Assembly (NCBI GenBank): GCA_963920595.1
Contig: OY986950.1
Coordinates: 1 to 64,000 of the forward strand
Direction: 5' to 3'
Length of the DNA stretch: 64,000 nucleotides
DNA from: Eimeria praecox
Lineage: Eukaryota
Shown here: positions 55,701 to 64,000 of the stretch, in pieces
How positions within the stretch are numbered: the first letter of the stretch is position 1
How the letters are laid out: each line of letters opens with the position of its first letter
Translations under genes and position numbers: made by a program
Notes under the pieces: generated by a model
Seen by the model: the letters and a program-made list of their open reading frames with translations, nothing else
What the model was told of the DNA's origin: nothing
The model's database searches: none

Positions 55701-58700
55701 CATCATCAACCAACTCATCCTACAACCCGCCACACACCAACTCCCAGACGCCCACACGCACAATCACACAATCCAACAACAAAATGCAACACAACCTTAT
55801 CCCCACCCAAGCTACCATACGCACTTCCTTTAGCGCACACATGCCCTCCCCAACACATTCCACACTCCATCGCCCACTCAACAACCGTTGCCCTCCCCCC
55901 AAAAAACGATCCTCAGCACCCATCATCACATTTTCTCGTGCACCAACCATCAACACGCAAACACAAATTAAAACCCTCCGAGCAAACCCATGCCACTGCT
56001 GCAATCACTCCACTCACTGCCACTCACTCGCCTTCGACAAAAAAATTCCCTCAGCAGCATTCCAAACAAACCGCACACGAACCATTTGGCCTTTACCCTG
56101 CGCGCCCCACAATTCAATGGATGCATCTCGATCGACACCTGCTACAACTCCTCCCAGCCCTCATATCAAACTCTCTAAACATCGCCACTGACGCACGGCC
56201 ATGCCAAAATTCAACAAACCCAGCACCGGACAGTCTAAACGGCCCTACTAACACACCGCTATCCACGCCCAACAGACTGTTACGCCTCCGCAGAACCCTC
56301 ACAACTCAACGTCACATGGCCTCCGCGCCTCATATCCATACTCTTTCATGCCCTACACTATGCAATACCGTCACACTGCATGCAGATCAATAAAAGACAC
56401 ACATCCTGCTGCAAACCAACAATAAACAGAATACATCGCCTCCCATCATCAACCAACTCATCCTACAACCCGCCACACACCAACGCCCAGACGCCCACAC
56501 AGACAATCACACAAGCCAACAACAAAATGCAACACAACCTTATCCCCATCCAAGCTACCACACGCACTTCCTTTAGCACACACATGCCCTCCCCAACACA
56601 TTCCACACTCCATCGCCCACTCAACAACCGTTGCGTTCCTCCCAAAAACGATCTTCAGCACCCACCATCACACATTCCCGTGCACCAACCATCAACACGC
56701 AAACACAAATTAAAACCCTCCGAGCAAACCCATGCAAATGCTGCAATCACTCCACTCACTGCCACTCACTCGCCTTCGACAAAACAATTCCCTCAGCAGC
56801 ATTCCAAACAAACCGCACACGAACCATTTGGCCTTTACCCCGCGCGCCCCACAATTCAATGGATGCATCTCGATCGACACCTGCTACAACTACTCCCAGT
56901 CCTCATATCAAACTCTCTAAACATCGCCCCTGACGCACGCCCATGCGAACCTCCAACAAATCCAGCACCGGACATTCTAAACGGCCCTACTAACACACCG
57001 CTATCCACGCCCAAAAGACTGTTACGCCAACGCAGTACCCCCACAACTCAACGTCACATGACCTCTGCGCCTCGTATCCATGCTCACTCATGCCCTACAC
57101 TATGCAATACCGTCACACTGCATGCAGATCAATAAAAGACACACTTCCTGCTGCAAACCAACAACAAACAAAATACTTCGCCTCCCATCATCAACCAACT
57201 CATCCTACAACCCGCCACACACCAACTCCCAGACGCCCACACAGACAATCACACAAGCCCACAACAAAATGCAACACAACCTTATCCCCATCCAAGCTAC
57301 CATACGCACTTCCTTTAGCGCACACATGCCCTCCTCAACACATTCCACACTCCATCGCCCACTCAACAACCGTTGCCCTCCCCCCAAAAAACGATCCTCA
57401 ACACCCATCATCACATTTTCTCCTGCACCAACCATCAACACGCAAACACAAATTAAAACCCTCCGAGCAAACCCATGCAAATGCTGCAATCACTCCACTC
57501 ACTGCCACTCACTCGCCTTCGACAAAACAATTCCCTCAGCAGCATTCCAAACAAACCGCACACGAACCATTTGGCCTTTACCTTGCGCGCCCCACAATTC
57601 AATGGATGCATCTCGATCGACACCTGCTACAACTCCTCCCAGCCCTCATATCAAACTCTCTAAACATCGCCCCTGACGCACGGCCATGCCAACCTTCAAC
57701 CAATCCAGCACCGGACGGTCTAAGCGGCCGTACTAACACACCGCTATCCACCCCCAACAGACTGTTACGCCTCCGCAGAACTCAACGTCACATGACCTCC
57801 GCGCCTCATATTCATACGCATTCATGCTCTACACTATGCAATACCGTCACACTGCATGCAGATCAATAAAGACACACTTGCTGCTGCAAACCAACAACAA
57901 ACAAAATACTTCGCCTCCCATCATCAGCCAACTCATCCTACAACCCGCCACACACCAACGCCCAGACACCCACACAGACAATCACACAAGCCAACAACAA
58001 AATGCAACACAACCTTATCCTCATCCAAGCTACCATACGCACTTCCTTTAGCGCACACATGCCCTCCTCAACACATTCCACACTCCATCGCCCACTCAAC
58101 AACCCTTGCGATCCCCCCAAAAAACGATCCTCAACACCCATCATCACATTTGCTCGTGCACCAACCATCAACGCGCAAACACAAATTAAAACCCTCCGAG
58201 CAAACCCAGCCCACTGCTGCAGTCACTCCATTCACTGCCACTCACTCGCCTTCGACAAAACAATTCCCTCAGCAGCATTCCAAACAAACCGCACACGAAC
58301 CATTTGGCCTTTACCCTGCGCGCCCCACAATTCAATGGATGCATCTCGATCGACACCTGCTACAACTCCTCCCAGCCCTCATATCAAACTCTCTAAACAT
58401 CGCCACTGACGCACGGCCATGCCAAAATTCAACAAATCCAGCACCGGACAGTCTAAACGGCCCTACTAACACACCACTATCCACGCCCAACAGACTGTTA
58501 CGCCTCCGCAGAACCCTCACAACTCAACGTCACATGACCTCCGCGCCTCATATCCATACTCTTTCATGCCCTACACTATGCAATACCGTCACACTGCATG
58601 CAGATCAATAAACGACACACTTGCTGCTGCAAACCAACAACAAACAAAATACTTCGCCTCCCGTCATCAACCAACTATTCCTACAACCCGCCACACACCA

Positions 58701-61700
58701 ACTCCCAGACACCCACACAGACAACCACACAATCCAACAACAAAATGCAACACAACCTTATCCCCCTAAAAGCTACCATACGCACTTCCTTTAGCGCACA
58801 CATGCCCTCCTCAACACATTCCACACTCCATCGCCCACTCAACAACCGTTGCCCTCCCCCCAAAAAACGATCCTCAACACCCATCATCACATTTTCTCCT
58901 GCACCAACCATCAACACGCCAACACAAATTAAAACCCTCCGAGCAAACCCAGGCCACTGCTGCAGTCACTCCATTCACTTCCACTCACTCGCCTTCGACA
59001 AAACAATTCCCTCAGCACCATTCCAAACAAACCGCACACGAACCATTTGGCCTTTACCCTGCGCGCCCCACAATTCAATGGATGCATCTCGATCGACACC
59101 TGCTACAACTCCTCTCCTCCCAGCCCTCATATCAATCTCTCAAATCACCACCGCTGACGCACGGCCATGTCAACCCTCAACAAATCCAGCACCGGACGGT
59201 CTAAGCGGCCCTACTAACACACCGCTATCCACGCCCAACAGACTGTTACGAACCCCCACAACTCAACGTCACATGACCTCCGCGCCTCATATCCATACTC
59301 ATTCATGCCCTACACTATGCAATGCCGTCACACTGCATGCAGATCAATAAAGACACACTTGCTGCTGCAAACCAACAACAAACAAAATACTTCGCCTCCC
59401 GTCATCAGCCAACTCATCCTACAACCCGCCACACACCAACTCCCAGACACCCACACAGACAATCACACAAGCCAACAACAAAGTGCAACACAACCTTATC
59501 CCCATCCAAGCTACCATACGCACTTCCTTTAGCGCACACATGCCCTCCTCAACACATTCCACACTCCATCGCCCACTCAACAACCGTTGCCCTCCCCCCA
59601 AAAAACGATCCTCAACACCCATCATCACATTTTCTCCTGCACCAACCATCAACACGCCAACACAAATTAAAACCCTCCGAGCAAACCCAGGCCACTGCTG
59701 CAGTCACTCCATTCACTTCCACTCACTCGCCTTCGACAAAACAATTCCCTCAGCACCATTCCAAACAAACCGCACACGAACCATTTGGCCTTTACCCTGG
59801 GCGCCCCACAATTCAATGGATGCATCTCGATCGACACCTGCTACAGCTCCTCCCAGCCCTCATATCAAACTCTCTAAACATCGCCCCTGACGCACGGCCA
59901 TGCCAAAATTCAACAAATCCAGCACCAGACAGTCTAAACGGCCCTACTAACACACCGCTATCCACGCCCAACAGACTGTTACGAACCCCCACAACTCAAC
60001 GTCACATGACCTCCGCGCCTCACATCCATACTCATTCATGCCCTACACTATGCAATGCCGTCACACTGCATGCAGATCAATAAACGACACACTTGCTGCT
60101 GCAAACCAACAACAAACAAAATACTTCGCCTCCCGTCATCAACCAACTATTCCTACAACCCGCCACACACCAACTCCCAGACACCCACACAGACAATCAC
60201 ACAAGCCCACAACAAAATGCAACACAACCTTATCCCCACCCAAGCTACCATACGCACTTCCTTTAGCGCACACATGCCCTCCTCAACACATTCCACACTC
60301 CATCGCCCACTCAACAACCGTTGCCCTCCCCCCAAAAAACGATCCTCAACACCCATCATCACATTTTCTCCTGCACCAACCATCAACGCGCAAACACAAA
60401 TTAAAACCCTCCGAGCAAACCCATGCAAATGCTGCAGTCACTCCATTCACTGCCACTCACTCGCCTTCGACAAAACAATTCCCTCAGCAGCATTCCAAAC
60501 AAACCGCACACGAACCATTTGGCCTTTACCCTGCGCGCCCCACAATTCAATGGATGCATCTCGATCGACACCTGCTACAACTCCTCTCCTCCCAGCCCTC
60601 ATATCAATCTCTCAAATCACCACCGCTGACGCACGGCCATGCCAACCCTCAACAAATCCAGCACCGGACGGTCTAAGCGGCCCTACTAACACACCGCTAT
60701 CCACGCCCAACAGACTGTTACGCCTCCGCAGAACTCAACGTCACATGACCTCCGCGCCTCATATTCATACGCATTCATGCTCTACACTATGCAATACCGT
60801 CACACTGCATGCAGATCAATAAAGACACACTTGCTGCTGCAAACCAACAACAAACAAAGTACTTCGCCTCCCATCATCAACCAACTATTCCTACAACCCG
60901 CCACACACCAACTCCCAGACGCCCATACAGACAATCACACAAGCCCACAACCAATTCCAACACAACCGTATTCCCCTAAGAGCTACCATACGCACTTCCT
61001 GTAGCGCACACATGCCCTCCTCAACACATTCCACACTCCATCGCCCACTCAGCAACCGTTGCCCTCCCCCCAAAAAACGATCCTCAACACCCATCATCAC
61101 ATTTTCTCCTGCACCAACCATCAACACGCAAACACAAATTAAAACCCTCCGAGCAAACCCAGGCCACTGCTGCAGTCACTCCATTCACTGCCACTCACTC
61201 GCCTTCGACAAAACAATTCCCTCAGCAGCATTCCAAACAAACCGCACACGAACCATTTGGCCTTTACCCTGCGCGCCCCACAATTCAATGGATGCATCTC
61301 GATCGACACCTGCTACAGCTCCTCCCAGGCCTCATATCAAACTCTCTAAACCTCGCCCCTGACGCACGGCCATGCCAAAATTCAACAAATCCAGCACCAG
61401 ACAGTCTAAATGGCCCTACTAACACACCGCTATCCACGCCCAACAGACTGTTACGAACCCCCACAACTCAACGTCACATGACCTCCGCGCCTCATATCCA
61501 TACTCATTCATGCCCTACACTATGCAATGCCGTCACACTGCATGCAGATCAATAAAAGACACACTTCCTGATGCGCCCGAACAACAAACAAAATACTTCG
61601 CCTCCCATCATCCACCAACTCATCCTACAACCCGCCACACACCAACTCCCAGACGCCCACACAGACAATCACACAATCCAACAACAAAATGCAACACAAC

Positions 61701-62159
61701 CTTATCCCCATCCAAGCTACCATACGCACTTCCTTTAGCACACGCATGCCCTCCTCAACACATTCCACACTCCATCGCCCACTCAACAACCGTTGCCCTC
61801 CCCCCAAAAACGATCCTCAGCACCCACCTTCACATATTCCTGTGCACCAACCATCAAGACGCCAACCCAAATTAAAGCCCTCCGAGCAAACCGATGCCAC
61901 TGCTGCAATCAATCCACTTGCTGCCACTCGCCTTCGACAAAACCCTTCCCTCAGAAACATTCCAAACAAAGCGCACTTGCACCGTTTTGGGCACCGTTAT
62001 TCACGCTGATACGATTGTTCTGGCCCCCTCCCCCCAGAAGGCATAAAGCAATGCCGGGACACACACTACAAGCCTGCGTTTAGCCACAGCCACCACTCAG
62101 CCTATCCACTCGACCCTAAGCTTCCTTGCCGCAACATTCCGGATTCCCATCTCTATGCA

Positions 62160-64000
62160 CAGACTGCGCGGCTCCTCCCAGCCCCCACACGAACCTCGCC
62201 GAATCTCCCATAATTACCTGGCTATATCATGCACCAGCAGCAACCGATTCATGCCATGCAACACGCGAAACACTTATCACAAATGCACATACTGCACCTT
62301 CCTGCCAATTCCCCTCCATTGCCGCCTCACCATGCTGCTCAACCTCCGATCGAAAACAAACAACCCCGCCCAAACACATACTCGTGCTCTACGCCCGCTC
62401 ACCGACTAAGCAGCCGTTGTGCTTCCTGTAGACGCTCCTCAACATAAATCAAGCCACCCATGGACAAGCCAACACACCCTTACCGATTCCGCGCAGCGCC
62501 AAGGCAGCACTGTCCTCACTCAAACAACGGCCACTCGCCACCAACCACAGACACTCCGCCTAAACAAAGCACTGCCAAACTAAGGATTCATTCCACCCGC
62601 ATTCCCCACAAAACCCACCCCTTCGACCCTCAACATGCTTGCCGCAACATTCAAGAGACGCTTCTCCATATACAGCCGCCGCGGCTCCTCCCAGCCCCCA
62701 CAAAAACCCGCCCAATCTCCCATAATTACCTGTCCTATCTCATGCACCAGCAACAACCGACACATGCCATCAAACACGCGAAACACTTATCACAAATGCA
62801 CATACACAACCCTCCTCCCAATAGACCTCCACTGCCACCTCAACGCTCTTGCATATCCACGCCACCCCTCCCACCCCTCAAAACCTTCACCACACGCCAT
62901 TCTAAATGGCTCAACTACCACACCGAAATACACGACCATGTAGCTGGTGATGCAACGCGCCACTAAAATTCACATGAGCTCCGCACCTCAAAAGCCTCCG
63001 AACGCAACTTCTTATGTACCCCCTCACACCGCACACTCCTCATCACACCTCAGACACCTAACTACAACGCGCGCTTCCTGATGCAAATCAGAAACTACCA
63101 AAATACTTCGCCCCTCATCGTATCACCACAAACCATCCAATCTGCTCCATACCAACACACACCTGCCTATGTCTGCCGCTGTCCACTCCCGAATGAATCA
63201 AACGAAACACAACTCAACGCTGAACCATGCTACCCAGCCTTCGATCGCACACAAGCAACCCTGCCTAACGCAATATTCGTGCTCCGCCCCCGCTCACCGA
63301 CTTAGCAGCCGTTGTGCTTCCTGTAAACGCTCCTCAACATAAAACATAAGATCCTCGCACAAACCACCCATGGACAAGGCAACACACCCATATCGATTCC
63401 GCGCAGCGCCAAGGCAGCACTGTCCTCACTCAAACAACGGCCACTCGCCACCAACCACAGACACTCCGCCTAAACAAAGCACTGCCAAACTAAGGATTCA
63501 TTCCAGCCGCATTCCCCACAAAACTCACCCCTTCGACCCTCAACATGCTTGCCGCAACATTCAAGAGGCGCTTCTCCATATACAGCCGCCGCGGCTCCTC
63601 CCAGCCCCCACAAAAACCCGCCCAATCTCCCATAATTACCTGTCCTATCTCATACACCAGCAACAACCGGCACATGCCATCAAACACGCGAAACACTTAT
63701 CACAAATGCACATACACAACCCTCCTCCCAATAGACCTCCACTGCCACCCCAACGCTCTTGCATATCCACGCCACCCCTCCCACCCCTCAAAACCTTCAC
63801 CACACGCCATTCTTAATGGCACCACTACCACACCGAAATACACGACCATGTAGCTGGTGATGCAACGCGCCACTAAAATTCACATGAGCTCCGCACCTCA
63901 AAAGCCTCCGAACGCAATTTCCTATGTACCCCCTCACACCGCACACTCCTCATCACACCTCAGACACCTAACTACAACGCGCGCTTCCTGATGCAAATCA
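62160..64000 (+). repeat. ~910-bp tandem repeat family (one shortened copy, one full copy, one copy cut by the window edge)
   Basis: ORF pairs 62460/63370, 62580/63490 and 62635/63545 differ by 910. 62168-62293 matches 62681 onward (offset ~513), and 62379-62446 matches 63274 onward. Confidence 0.93.

Larger units (their letters stand above)
19346..61976 (+). repeat. Subtelomeric tandem satellite, ~743-bp unit, ~59 head-to-tail copies, C/A-rich on +
   Basis: The anchor ATGC(C/T)CT(A/G)CACTATGCAAT recurs 59 times from 19652 to 61510. Spacings are mostly 743, 734 or 736 bp (range 732-743), plus 490, 472, 474 and 476. All units have the same orientation. Confidence 0.99.

Noticed and set aside
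19346..61976. Tandem 5S rRNA, snRNA, spliced-leader or tRNA gene array (unit size is typical of such arrays)
   Set aside because: I see no 5S hallmarks (such as GATCCCAT...GAACTC...GTTAAGC) or tRNA T-loop/cloverleaf on either strand. CCCATCCTA is only a short chance match. An Infernal/Rfam scan of the consensus would settle it.
19346..61976. CRISPR-like array or retrotransposon-built chromosome end
   Set aside because: There are no unique spacers, whole units repeat, no reverse transcriptase, gag or cas ORFs are present, and there are no poly(A) junctions. A normal telomerase-type telomere is present.
20614..62009. Repeated 184-265 aa His/Pro/Thr/Gln-rich ORFs on the + strand of each satellite unit
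   Set aside because: Several frames are open at once because the strand lacks T and G, so stop codons are rare. 1-2 bp indels shift frames freely between copies, the common unit lengths (743, 734, 736) are not multiples of 3, and no domain is recognisable.
62460..63853. 168, 148 and 102 aa ORFs in the 910-bp repeat
   Set aside because: This is the same skew artefact. The 168-aa ORF is cut short by a premature stop in the second copy.

Overview
This window is the left end of a eukaryotic chromosome, and I find no supportable protein-coding or RNA gene in it. Bases 1-6695 are a (CCCTAAA)n telomere (TTTAGGG on the minus strand, about 955 units) ending in four copies of a 28-bp variant unit. Bases 6696 to ~19200 are subtelomeric DNA of roughly balanced composition, containing a ~2.9/4.1-kb segmental duplication, a nested 1813-bp tandem duplication and small repeats. 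Bases 19346-61976 are a 42.6-kb, strongly C/A-skewed tandem satellite of ~59 units, mostly 732-743 bp, with four short units of 472-490 bp and local higher-order repeats. From ~62160 to the end is an older ~910-bp repeat family. By-eye alignment shows the 743-bp satellite is related to that family and sits inside it. The hundreds of ORFs in the track are by-products of the repeats and the strand skew. A TTTAGGG telomere, ~50% GC and recurrent TGCATGCA suggest a coccidian apicomplexan (Eimeria-like), but this is inference, and green algae or plants are not excluded. The most interesting signals are the palindromic motifs carried by nearly every satellite unit (one with a symmetric double substitution), the shared variant at both array edges, and the visible ancestry of the satellite. 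All identities were counted by hand; no searches were run.
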